Shown: positions 1 to 11,581 of the stretch, piece after piece
Numbering within the stretch: the stretch's first letter is position 1
How the letters are laid out: each line of letters starts with the position of its first letter
Assembly: GCF_009914755.1 (NCBI RefSeq)
Contig: NC_060925.1
DNA from: the human T2T-CHM13v2.0 reference genome, Homo sapiens
Direction: 5' to 3' (one strand)
DNA length: 64,000 bases
Program-made: the position numbers and the translations under genes
The notes under the pieces: model-generated
What the model saw: only the letters and a program-made list of their open reading frames with translations
What the model was told of the DNA's origin: nothing
Databases searched by the model: none

Positions 1-82
1 AAGGGTACTTAGTATCAGGGTATTCTCTCCTAGTACCTGAAGATACTATTTCCCAGAAGGGCAAAAAACAAAGGCTGTGTAC

Positions 83-86
<4 letters not shown>

Positions 87-118
<32 letters not shown>
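87..118. repeat. (GT)16 microsatellite
   Basis: Directly visible dinucleotide run. Confidence 0.95.
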
Positions 119-121
<3 letters not shown>

Positions 122-1085
122 AGAGGGACTTCTCTGTCAGTCTCAAGTAGTTGAATGAAAACCCTCTCTAATCTAGAGACATTTCTGAGGAGGTAACTAT
201 AATCAGCCTTGAGGATTCAACTATATCCTTCTCCTAAATTTGATGAACACTTTCTATTCCTTTTGATCTTCATCATGATTCCCTGAGACTGCAACCCATG
301 AACAAATTATACTTATCTGGGTTCTAGCTTATTTGTAATATTTATGTAGTTATATTTTAACTTCCTGGGAGAGACTTGGGAGGCACCCTGTGATTCTTAA
401 TGAGGACTTGGGAAACAATCCTAGAATATTAGCATTGCGTTTGAAGGGTGATTTTTTTTCCTATCTAAGGTTAATTCCATTCATGTTCATTTTAATTAGT
501 TTCATTTTAGAATATGTTCTTATGCTCTTGTTCTAAAAATATGAGAATCACTTTGTCTATAGCTCAATTATAGCACTAATGGCATTAGGCTGGAATTGTC
601 TGTTTATACGCCCGTGACCTCTATTGTGATAAAGACCACATTTTATTCATCTATGAATATCTAGGGATTGGTTTAGTGCCTATCACATAGTATTCAGGGA
701 ATGTTCTTCACCCTATTTAGAGTATAAATCAAGCTCATAGTTTTCCATTTCTGTGTTGTTTCACATTCAATTTAAAATCTTAGAAAAAACTATGCATAGG
801 TCCTAAAATAACATACCTTTGACTGAAATTATTATAATTCATTTCAGCAAAAGTTTTAATGAATTCCTTTTATATATCAAGAACCGAGTACTAACAATAT
901 AAATACAAGTCATATGGAATACATGGTTCCTTTAAAAAAAAGAGACCTAAAGGAAATTTTTGGCACATTAATATAGAAAATATAGCATGAGGTAGAACAT
1001 AATACTTATTCTTACTTTAAAATAATGTAAACAGGTTCTATTCTAAGTTTGGATGACAACATATAATATACCTTACTAAACTCAC

Positions 1086-1187
1086 CAGGATCCTTCCTGA
1101 GGATGGTATAACTTCGCGGGAGCCCTCCCAGAAAGACTCCTGTGTTATCTCCAATAACAGTACTACCATTCAGGATGGCAGAGGAAC
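1086..1187 (-). CDS. USH2A: Usherin coding exon (exon 24, 102 nt, phase 1-1), laminin G-like domain 1
   Basis: Acceptor ttctctag|GT and donor G|gtgagt; reads (G)SSAILNGSTVIGDNTGVFLGGLPRSYTILRKDP, with the LamG VFLGG-P motif. Confidence 0.96.
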
Positions 1188-1639
1188 CTAGAGAAGAGGA
1201 GATGAGAAATACACCTTCACCAGGATACTCTAGTTTTACTAGCTCAGCAAATAATAAAATCCTTCACCAGCCTTTGGGATACCACTCTCTTGGTTTTCCT
1301 CTCTCCTCATTGCCTGTTCATTACTTTTCTTCACTGGCTCTTCCTCAACATCCCAGCATCATGATGTTGGAATGATCCAGACCGCCTGCCTCTCAGGCCT
1401 CTTCCTTTCTCTACCCATAGGCACCCCCTAAGTACTCTAGAGGGATGAATAGTGGGCTGGGTTCCAGTACGAACTGCCAGGGCCAAAGGCCAGGGGAACC
1501 TGGGTCTCTGACTGTGTGGCATAACAATGGAAATCCCTGTTCATATTTCTAATGCCCACCTTCTTTGAGAGAAGAGGCAAAGTTATTTGTGTTTGTTTTT
1601 CCAGAGCCCAATCCACTCCAATTAGCCCTACTTACATCT

Positions 1640-2845
1640 GTTCCCTTGGCTTTCAATACCATCCTTTGCTGGAAGTTCTGACTTCAGAACTAGACTTGTT
1701 TCTTGAGCAGCCTGCCTGATATCTCCCCTTGGGTGTCTTAGAAATCTCAGCCTTAACATGTTCTCAACTGAACTTTGAATGTCTCTCCCCAAACCTGCTT
1801 CTCCCACAGTCATGCACTCCCTGGTTTTGGCAGCTACATTCTTCCAGTTGCCTGAGACCCAAACCTGACAGGCTTGCTCGACATTAAGGGCCAGTAAACT
1901 CTGTCAAAGGCCAGACAGTGTCTTTGTAGACTATTCAGACTCAAGCAGCCATAGATAATACGTAAATGAATGGGTGTAGTTGTGCTCCAATAAAACTTTA
2001 TAAAAACAGGCATGAGCTAGATTTAGCCCATGGTGATAGTTTACCAACCCCTATTCTGCCTCAATCTCATCACCAAATCCTGTTAATTTGACATTCACAG
2101 TATAACCAGAATCTGAATACTTCTTATTATATCTTCAATTATCACCCTGGTTCAGGTCTCCATGATTTCTTGTCTGAATTATTACAGAGTTATTGCAGAA
2201 GCCTATTAACTGATCTCCATGCCTTCACCCTCATTCCCCTTAAAATTTATTCTCAACAGAGCAGCTAGTGTGATCCTTTTAAAGAAAGCCGTCATATTAT
2301 GTCATTCTTCCCTCAAAATCCTTCAACAGTTTCCTTCTTTCAAAGTAAAAGCCCACAAGGTCCCATATAATCTGATCCCTAATGGCCTCTGTGACCTTAT
2401 GTCATGTCATTAGCTCTTTTACACCCTCTTTCCCACACTGGCCTTCTTGTTGGTCCTTGACATGCCACATGTAGTGTGCTCTCACTTCAGGGCCCTGATA
2501 CTTGCTGTCCTCGCAACCCAAAGCATCCTCTTCCTGGATATTTACATGGTTTCCCCTTTGTCCCTTTAGGTCTCTGCTCAAATGTCACCTCATCAGAGAG
2601 ACCTTTCTTAACACACACACGCACATACACACACAACTTTCCCTCTCATCTGGCTTTTTCATTCTCAGAATTTATCACCACTTGATATTTGTTTAAATTT
2701 ATTTATTCTGTATTTTGCTGCCCCATTCCTCCCATAAAATGTAAGTTTTACAGTATTCTCTTTGCTCCTTGTATCCAGAGCACCTAGAACAATACCTGGA
2801 ACATAATAGGTACTGATTAAAATTAGATATTTCCTGAATAATTTA
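1640..2845 (+). mobile_element. L2 LINE 3' region, fragmented and interrupted by MER58
   Basis: L2-like tracts (ccttaacatgttc...aactgaact; aatgtcacctcatcagagagacct) and an L2-type 3' end (cacctagaacaatacctggaacataataggtact). Boundaries approximate. Confidence 0.7.
1885..2052. mobile_element. MER58A-like hAT DNA transposon remnant
   Basis: gcagccatagataatacgtaaatgaatggg...ccaataaaacttta...tagtttaccaacccct matches my recollection of MER58A. Confidence 0.75.
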
Positions 2846-2899
2846 ATAAAAGCCTGCATCATTATACAGGTACAGTGATCATGTTATAATTACATAAAT

Positions 2900-3145
2900 G
2901 TGGCAGATAGGGTAGGCTGGAGCAAAAACTAAACTTAAATGTGAAAAAACAGGATGTGTGTCCCAAGAATGCTTCCTCTCAACTGTGTAAGTTAGGAAAA
3001 AATATTTACTTTTTTCTCAGCCTTGGTTTCCTCATCTCCAAATGCAGACAAAAACTGCTTTCCTCTACTGTATGTGTTTTTTGGAAGTCAAAAGTAAGAT
3101 GACAGAACATAACTAAAGGTCCACACGAATTGTAAAGAACTGTAA
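2900..3145 (+). mobile_element. MIR SINE remnant
   Basis: MIR core: tttact...ctcagccttggtttcctcatctccaaatg. Confidence 0.65.
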
Positions 3146-3379
3146 AAGACATAGGTGACTTCATTGTTATTTTTTTCTTTACCAAAGACCTTCATGGATG
3201 AAAAACTGGTTGCCAGACTTCATCCTTTTAGGAGCATCCCAAAGGCAAATTCAACAGCAATATATATGGAATTGAGTAGAAATTATGGTGAAATAAGAAT
3301 GTAGGAATATAAACAACAGAAAAGTATGGCAACACCAACATATCAACAGGGCTATTTATACATATCAAAAAGTACTTAC

Positions 3380-3506
3380 CTGTATATATCCCATCCAGAG
3401 TGATTTGGCCAAAAGCCTGATGCCTAATAGCAATTATTTCATGCCATTTTCCATCACTATATTGTTTGCCATGATCATTAGTTGTAGTTACTTCCACTGG
3501 TGACCC
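3380..3506 (-). CDS. USH2A: Usherin coding exon (exon 23, 127 nt, phase 0-1), laminin G-like domain 1
   Basis: Acceptor cccttaag|GG and donor AG|gtaagt; reads GSPVEVTTTNDHGKQYSDGKWHEIIAIRHQAFGQITLDGIYT(G), with the LamG DGKWH motif. Confidence 0.97.
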
Positions 3507-5052
3507 CTTAAGGGAATGAATGAATAAATAAATGTTTATACATGCATATCTACAAATAAACACACACATATTTGTTATAAACCAATTTACAAGTTTCAAG
3601 ATTATGATCCTGATACAAGCATGCATACATTTCAAACAGAACTCAAAATTAAAGCTGATGTCTAGCATCATTCTGGCTTTCCTGTGATGTATTAATACTT
3701 CCCTGTGCACCACAGTGTACAGATCTGTAAAGGTCTCACCTTTGCAGTAAGAATTTCTTACAAAGTCACTTGCATTTTCTGATGAATATAGCTATTCATC
3801 AGAAGGGTAAAGAATTTTCTATTCTAAAATTTTAGACTTTAAGTTTCATGGCATAAATATGAAAAAGAAGAGAAAAATTTAAAACTCATAAAATACCACT
3901 CAAAATGAGTTCTGAAGATAGAGAGATGTCAGACAAGTCACTCTTATCTTCACAAAATTATCAATAACAAATGGGAATGACATTCACCTTAAAAACTAGC
4001 CAGTTGTGATACATTAAACATAAGGGTGGAGTTAAATGTAGTACACAATGCTTTGTAGTTAAAATCCAATAATTATAGTTCTGGCTAAGGTAATCATATA
4101 ATAGTTAAAAACATGTTCCTAAGTGATAAGACATAGGAAATGGCAGATATTAAGAACAGAGTTTAGCAAATAGGAGGTAAGAATAAAAAAAAAAACTGAG
4201 AAAGAGAAATAGAAGAAACACCTGCCATCTCACTACTTTCGAGAAAAGTAAACAATTTTCCAGTATGTTATAGTAGCCTTGGTTACCTATAGTAACATTT
4301 TCTGTGTTAAGTGAATAAGACTAAGTGAAAGATATCCCAACTTTGTCACCAACAGCTACTAGTACTACTATTAAATAAAAATAAAAAAGAAATTACAACT
4401 TCTAAATGGGAATGAATTTTCTTCTTAATAAAGTTGATTTACTTAACAAGAATAAAGCTCATTCTAATAAAATCTTTAAAAATTAAAAAAATTAGATTGG
4501 GTAAAATATTACCAAAACACTTAATTACCAGAAAATTTCACCAAACTCTAATAATTTTGCTATGCTGTTTTTTTCAAAAAGAGAAAATAGATAATTGTTT
4601 GATGTAATGGTGCTGAAGATGTATATTGAAAAACATACAATGTTAATCATACCATCTTTAGTATGATTTCTGTTTATCTTTCTCTGAAATGGCTTCAGTG
4701 ATACAACATGTCCACTCTACACATTTAATTGGTTCCTGTCGGGCCTCATAAAGAGCTCGACAACATGTATGACATACAGAATTTCATGTTACCAAAGTAA
4801 AAAAAAAAAAAAAAAAAGCTTTTAATTTCCCATGAGTATGAGTGGGTTGTCTCTCACATGGACAATATCCCAACTTTTACAGACAACTCCATCAGCTAGA
4901 AACATGACCATCTGGCAAGTTCTAGTCTTCGTATTTTTGTAGGTTGACTTTCCTTATATCTGTTTTGTCTACACACCCTTTTATTTTCTTCAACCCTATT
5001 TCAACATTTTAATATTTTACAAACACACATTTCATTATCGTAGTTTAATAAT

Positions 5053-5189
5053 TAAAACCAGAACTGGTGTCGTGCCCAATTAATGTGCCCTGGTAGCATG
5101 CCCATTAGTTTTTCCATTAGTGAATTCAACAATACTAATGGGATTACTAGCATGGGATGCTAATTGGGCGTGACATAAGAAACTGGCTT
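5053..5189. repeat. Imperfect palindrome, probable ancient non-autonomous DNA transposon (MITE-like)
   Basis: Left arm tgtcgtgcccaatta...cccattagt pairs with right arm actaatggg...taattgggcgtgaca. Confidence 0.7.
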
Positions 5190-6276
5190 ACTTCTTAGCA
5201 TACCCTTGCTAATGATGAAATTAATGAGCATTTTATTAAATGCTGTCTCATCAAAGTGTACTTAGTTAGCGTTAAAATTGTTACAAACGATGCTGCATTC
5301 TAAAGATCAGGTGTCTGAATAAGTGGTTCTTCATATTTTGTTTGGCAACAATCTGAAGCATTAATAGTTCTCTACATCAGAAATCAAGTTTATTGGAGAC
5401 AAATTCAAGTACATTACCTACAGCCTCAGCATGACAAACTCACTTTATACTTACAGCAATTTAGAATATCATTTTTTGAAGACTATTTTAAGATTACTTC
5501 CCCCCATCAATGTTGAAAGAACAATTCTGTGATGACTTCTGGTGTCATATTATGCATGTTGTTCTTTCTATTTGGAACATATCAGACACATTCAATAGAT
5601 GCTATTCAGAATTGTTTTAAAGCTTTCATTTTCACAGCTTCCTTCCAAGTAAGCCCAGAATATGATGTGAATTTCCTGTTAATGTCACTGAACATAGAAT
5701 ATTTAAGGGATAAACATAGATCATTACTGGTCACTAAAATATTATCTGATCAAGTATATTCAAAATTGAATTTAATTAAGTGAAGAATGGGAAAATTATA
5801 GAAAATTGTTGGAGATAACAATAAAAACTGTAATTAAAAGTTGCAGTTAACTTTTCTTTATTGTATCTTTTAACAATGGCAAGTGCCCAGTTTGTAATAT
5901 ACAAACACATTTCCAATTTTATGTACTATGAAGAATCTCCCTTTCCCTAAACATTTATTCAATAGAATGCTTCGGATAGTTGGATGACAAACCAAATACA
6001 TTTTTATATCTATAGCCTCTACGTTGTATTAAATTGTTTTGTAAGGAATTTAATACTCAATTTTATTAAGATATTTTAAAAAGAGCAAAGTACACAATGA
6101 CTTCAAGTTATTTTATAAATATGTGCTAGATAACTACTTTAAAATTCCTTGAAATTCTCTTCATAATTCAAAATTTGGCTATTTTGAATGAATTCAGTAA
6201 AAACAATTTAAAAATAAGCATCTCGTTTTTTCCTGATAAAAATCAAATTATCTGAAAAACAGACAAATTTGAACAA

Positions 6277-6420
6277 GGCTGGGCATGGTGTCTCATGTCT
6301 GTAATCCTAGCACTTTGAGAGGCCAAGGTGGGAGGATTGCTTGAGGCCAGGAGTTCGGGACCAACCTGAGCAAAACAGCAAGACTTTTTCTCTAATTTTT
6401 TCAAAATAAAAAAAAATAAA
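6277..6420 (+). mobile_element. Alu left monomer (FLAM_C-like)
   Basis: ggctgggcatggtg...ggaggattgcttgaggccaggagtt followed by an A-rich tail; no right arm. Confidence 0.85.
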
Positions 6421-6554
6421 ACAAACATCACAAAATATCTGTGTAATCATTACAAAGCTAGACGTTGTAAGCCAGAAAAATGGATAATTTTCTTCAGTTA
6501 TGAGTAGTAGTATCCTACCAACAGTTATTGAGTCAATCAGCCAGGTAATATGTC

Positions 6555-6720
6555 AATGGTCATTTATTTACTGGGCATCTACTATGTTCCAAAGACTGTT
6601 CTAAGTCCTGAGGAAGTACCTGTGGGCAAAAGATTCATAGACTTTGCCCTCACTGGATCATACAGTCTGATAAGACAGACACACTAAGTACATAATTACT
6701 TGTGTGATGAGTATAAAAAG
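6555..6720 (-). mobile_element. L2 3' fragment
   Basis: catttattt..ctgggcatctactatgttcca...ttctaagtcctgagg is the reverse of an L2 3' end. Confidence 0.55.
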
Positions 6721-7336
6721 TATTCACTAGATAATCTCGTCCGCATTTAAAGATTAAAGGAGAAAAACTGACTTAAAGTGGTACCCAAAGTATTTAAAAT
6801 ATAAATAAATGTAATGCCAATAGAAGGCATATGAAATAAACTTCTATACTTTTTAAAACCCAGAGTAGCTCTAACTTCATACAAGAAGCTGCATTGATAT
6901 TACTTTGGAAAAAGAGAGCAAATAAGAGAAGAGTATTCAAAATTTTCACCATCCCTCAGTTTTAACACTTCTTTGTCTAAAAATGAGTGGGGCTTTCATT
7001 ATAAATTTAGAAAATATGTTTAGTACCTGTTTTAGAGTATAAATTCATTGGAAGTAAGGAAGGACACAGTCCTTGCTAGCATAAGCTCGTTGTTTCATAT
7101 ATAGAGAGCCTCATGGCCCGTGAGCACATAGTGTAATGCATCTGATTACATTTTCTCAGCTAGATCCTAAGGCCATCCTGCTCAACCCATATCTTGTATT
7201 TTAAAAAATAATTGTCACTTTCCTGAAAACTCAAGCAGTTTTACCTTATGGAGAGAGATTATTTCAGATAAAAATTTACTTACTAGACATCATTAAACTT
7301 CCTCACTCCCTTTAGCCCCCAACTTGGCTTTAACAA

Positions 7337-7626
7337 TTTTTTTTTTTTTGAGACAAGGTCTCACTCTGTCACCCAGGTTGGAGTGCAGTGGCTCAGTCTC
7401 GGCTCACTGTAACCTCTGCCTCCCGGGTTCAAGCAATTCTCTGCCTCAGTCTCCCAAGTAGCGGGGATTACAGGCACCTGCCACCACGCCCAGCTAAGTT
7501 TTGTATTTTTAGTAGAAACGGGGTTTCACCATCTTAGCCAGGCTGGTCTTGAACTCCTGACCTTGTGATCCACCCGCCTCAGCCTCCCAAAGTGCTAGGA
7601 TTACAGGCATGAGCCACCACGCCCAG
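7337..7626 (-). mobile_element. Full-length AluS (Sg-like) with 16-bp TSD
   Basis: Poly-T plus dimeric Alu; TSD tggctttaacaatttt at 7325-7340 and 7627-7642. Confidence 0.95.
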
Positions 7627-9112
7627 TGGCTTTAACAATTTTATTAATACTTGGCTGGCACCTGCGGACTATGTATACAGCTTAGGGTTTGGCTATACAG
7701 GGTAGGGACAGAGCAACTGGGAAAACTAATAGCAGTGACGAGTACTCTAAGCAATTGTGTGAATGAGAAGGGTAAGGGGGCGGAAATGATGGGCAAATGC
7801 CCTGTGAATGTTTCCCTGAATTCTGTTACCACGCTTTGCACCAGCCTGTCCAGGTGATCACCGTAAAGGATATGAAAACAACTAGACCTGCCAGATGAGT
7901 TTCCTGGCAGCCATTCTCCGTTAAGCAGTTTGACCCCTTTACCCTCCTATCCTACAGAGTCTTAAGGTATCGCATCCTTTAGAAATAGCAACACCACATG
8001 TCAAAAGAGATGGCAGTCATGCTTCAGACTTGGGGAAATCATTTTTGGATTAATTCTCCAATGACTGTCCCATGTTTGGTAGGGGGGTGGCTATAAATAC
8101 TCAAAATCTGTGATGAACAACCAATGGCCAGAATTCCAATGAGTGTCATTCTGTTCATTTCTGTGTTCCCAGTGCATAACTGTGAAGTCCAATAAATTCT
8201 TAGCAAAGTTTCATTGAATAAAATAATTCAGTGCTATTCAAATAATTGAATTCAGTGCTAGTTCTATCCCTAAACCACTCTATGACCGTAGTTAAGCCAC
8301 TTCATCTAAAGCAGGGATGAAAACAAAATCAACCTCAAGGGGCTACTTCAAGAATGAAATGAGATCATTAACAGGAACTCACTTTGTATACTTTAAAGCT
8401 CTATAAACAAGTGGTCCTGTGATTAGTTTTTTTTCCATCTGGCTTCTTCTTAAATATCTCCAGATACTAAAAGGTTGAAGGGGAAAAAGCAGAGCCAGAT
8501 TTTTCTTTCTCATTGACAGTCTTCTATTTTACTGTACTCTCCCCTTTCTTTTTCTGATTTTTGTTGATTTTTTAACTTAGCATTTGCTGTCCTTTTTAAC
8601 CTTGTTAATTTGGATGTCCTGAAGAGCACTTTTTATTAGTAGTAACTTATTTTTCTATAACATTTGAAATCAAACATTTGCCCTATTTATTTAACGAAAA
8701 CAAAACGTCAGTATAATCTATTCCCTTATTCCACCCACACTCCGCCACTAAGCTGGTATCTTCAGAACTTTTAATTCACTCATCTTTCCTCTCCTTCAAA
8801 TCTTACTAATTTTAGCAACAAATGATTATTCACGTTTTTTTTCTTGCCTTTGCTATACTTCTCTTCTATTTCAAAGATTCTCATTTGGCACTGTAAAACA
8901 GAGTTCTAGTCACTCTATCATTAAATATTTAGGCATAACTTAATATTACTAGATTTATTATTCACTGATGCTTCTTCTTTTTATATTTCTGACTCTGTTA
9001 TTTTTCCTTTTGGCTAGATTACTTACTGAAATATTTCTTTCCAACCTGGTGCAGAGATGGATTTTTTTTTTCTGAATTTATGGATATCAACAACCATCTT
9101 TCTTTCATGTTG

Positions 9113-9430
9113 AAAAGCAGTATAGCATTGTAGCTAAAATCATGGTCTTTGGAGCTCAATTGCTTGTGTTTATAACCTGGCTTGGTCACTTATTAGTGTT
9201 GTGACTTGGGGAAAATTAACTTACCTGTGGCCCAGATTCCTCACCTGTAAAATGGGAATATGAAGAGTATCTACCTCACAGAGTTGTTGAAAAGTTCAAA
9301 TGAGTTTATGTGCGTGTGTAGGTGTGTGTGTGTGTGTGTGTGTGTGTATAGGCATATGTGTGTATGTAAGTGTACAAACTGATGTATAGAGAGACCACTT
9401 AGAATAATGCCTGGCACAAAGAGGTCTCAT
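9113..9430 (+). mobile_element. MIR interrupted by a (TG)n tract (about 9309-9365)
   Basis: tgtgacttgggg...ttcctcacctgtaaaatgggaata...tacctcacagagttgttg, then a TG repeat, then cacttagaataatgcctggcac. Confidence 0.8.
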
Positions 9431-10479
9431 AGAAGTATTAGTTTTGCTTAATCTTGACAGGAAATTGATGAGTCTTTTCAATGGATTTATACTAAATTCC
9501 CTCTTAAATCAGATATTCTCTCCTATTTTTTGTTTCATCATTTTATGTTATCCCTCTTTTTCTTGAGCATGTGCTTTTTGTTCTCCTTCCGATTCGCTTC
9601 TTAGTGACAGTAGTAGTATCTATCTTTCTTGTTTTTGTCACATTTTTATGTATTTTGAGAGATTTCTTCAACTTAATCTTCTGACCTACTAATCTGAGGC
9701 TCAGTGTCTCTCCTCTAATTAATCTACTTAAAGTTTTCAAATAAAAAATAATATCTTCCATTATGTAATTGAATCAACTTCAGCTGATTTTTTAAAAATT
9801 TTTTTCAGTTGCCATCTGTCTTGCCTTCTGCGATAGCTGCTGCTTCTTCCTTTCCCTCTGGCTGCAGGATCTGCTTAGGTGTGATGCTATTTCCTTTTGC
9901 TTACTCACTGCCCACCTGCTGGCATCCTTTAAGAAGCTGCATTACTAGGGGACGCTCAGAAATCTTTGTGTCTGAGGACCTGCTGTGCACCAGCCAGGGA
10001 GTTAGCAGAGCCCTGTCAAGTCATGAGGAGGGAGCCTTTCTGTCCCTGGTCCTTCGAGTGGCCACTGTGCGGCTCTCCCAGCTTCATAAAGCAGGAGGAC
10101 TTTGGCCTGCTTTTTGAGTCTGGCAGGGTCCTCAGATACACTTGGTACAATAGGCCCTGCCTTTTCTCTCTAAGGTCAATGGATCTCCAGGGTTCATGAG
10201 GTTGAGATCCTCAGTCAGATCACTCAGTCCATGATCCTAGACGCAACTTGGATACAGAGGGTGAACGTTGTGTCTGCTTTACCAATAAAATGTAAAACAT
10301 TTATTTGTCAAGCATAACGTGTGATTTAGATCATCAGTTTTAAGTTGAAGAACTGAGAAAATGGAAAGCTAATATATTTTACTTAGTCTTACTCATTTCT
10401 CTTACTCATCTCACATGCTTAATACAATACCTAATATCAAATGCTCACTGATATTTGTTCAACTCAAGTGAAGACAACT

Positions 10480-11090
10480 GTTCAGTGCTTTCTCACTGCC
10501 CTTAGGAAAAATTCATATCCTCACATTTGCTTACAAGGTCTTAAATGACTTGGTTTCTACCCAGCTTTTCAATCTACCACCTTTCCCTTTGTCTCTGTTC
10601 CCAGCCATAAGAGATTCATCTCAGTGTACTGAATGTGCCATGTTCTCGTCCACCTCAGGCACTTAATATTTGCTATTTCCTTAATATTTGCTGCTCACTT
10701 TGCCTGGAAACTTTATGCTCAGCACCTTCCCAGGTGGAGATCAGAATCTCCCCTGTACTGCCCCACCTGAAATATACACCCTCAAATACAGACATATAAT
10801 CTTGTCCTGACCAACTTTTCTTCATTGATTTGTATCTCAGTTAAATATCACATTTCCAGAGAAAATTGACAACTCAGAAAACAATTTATTTCTTTATTTT
10901 ATGTTCCTATAATACATAGAATCCTAAATCTTTATTTTGATACAATTTATAATCATTTTAAATTGATTATTTTACTGTATCCTTTGCAGGGGCATGGTCA
11001 TATTTAACTTTGAAACTATGGTAGTCTGCAACGCCCAGTACCATAGTACCCGATAGCCACTTAAATATTTGCTGGTGAAACAATGAAAAA
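10480..11090 (+). mobile_element. L2 fragments
   Basis: L2-like tracts and 3' end (cacttaaatatttgctggtgaa). Boundaries approximate. Confidence 0.5.
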
Positions 11091-11194
11091 AGAAAGACAG
11101 GGAAGGAAGAAAAGGGGACATGATTTTTTGCTACTAAGAAAAATAAAAATAGATCTCTTTAAATTTATTTAAAAGTTTTAATCTTCATTATAAG

Positions 11195-11420
11195 GTGGCA
11201 TTTTGGTTGTTAAGCCCACAGATTCTCAGTCAGACCATGATGGTTTAAAAGTTAGCTCCGCTATTTTAGCTGAGGGCAAGTCACATTACTTTTGTAAGTT
11301 TCATTTTCTTGATTGGCAAAATGGGGATAATAATAGTACTTACCTTACAAGGTTTGAATGAAGATTCAGTGTGAAAACAGAAGCATTTACCTCAGTACCA
11401 GGCACCTACTAAATTCTTAA
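11195..11420 (+). mobile_element. MIR adjacent to the exon 22 donor
   Basis: gggcaagtcac...aaaatggggataataatagtacttaccttac...cagtaccaggcacct. Confidence 0.75.
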
Positions 11421-11450
11421 AAATATTAAAGTTTATGATTTCTCATTTAC

Positions 11451-11581
11451 CTGAGGATCAAAAAGAAAATAAAGACGTCCCTTCTTCAACTGAAGTGCAA
11501 AATACTCTTCCTGATTGCCAGGTGATGCTGCAAAGACAATCAAACCTTCAGGCACTTTTGTTCGAAAGCTGGCCTTAATGC
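11451..11581 (-). CDS. USH2A: Usherin coding exon (exon 22, 131 nt, phase 1-0), first exon specific to the long isoform
   Basis: Acceptor tcttaccag|GC and donor CAG|gtaaat; reads (G)IKASFRTKVPEGLIVFAASPGNQEEYFALQLKKGRLYFLFDPQ, with the LamG FRT...GL motif. Long-isoform status is recalled knowledge. Confidence 0.97.

Noticed and set aside
3228-3713. 161-aa ORF as a stand-alone gene, or an intron-retained isoform with a hydrophobic tail
   Set aside because: Only 3380-3506 is exonic. The flanks are open by chance, T-rich introns naturally give hydrophobic codons, and the donor is a consensus AG|GTAAGT.
9809-10199. GC-richer ORFs of 102 and 77 aa
   Set aside because: No recognisable domain; the region looks like a degenerate old L1 5' segment.
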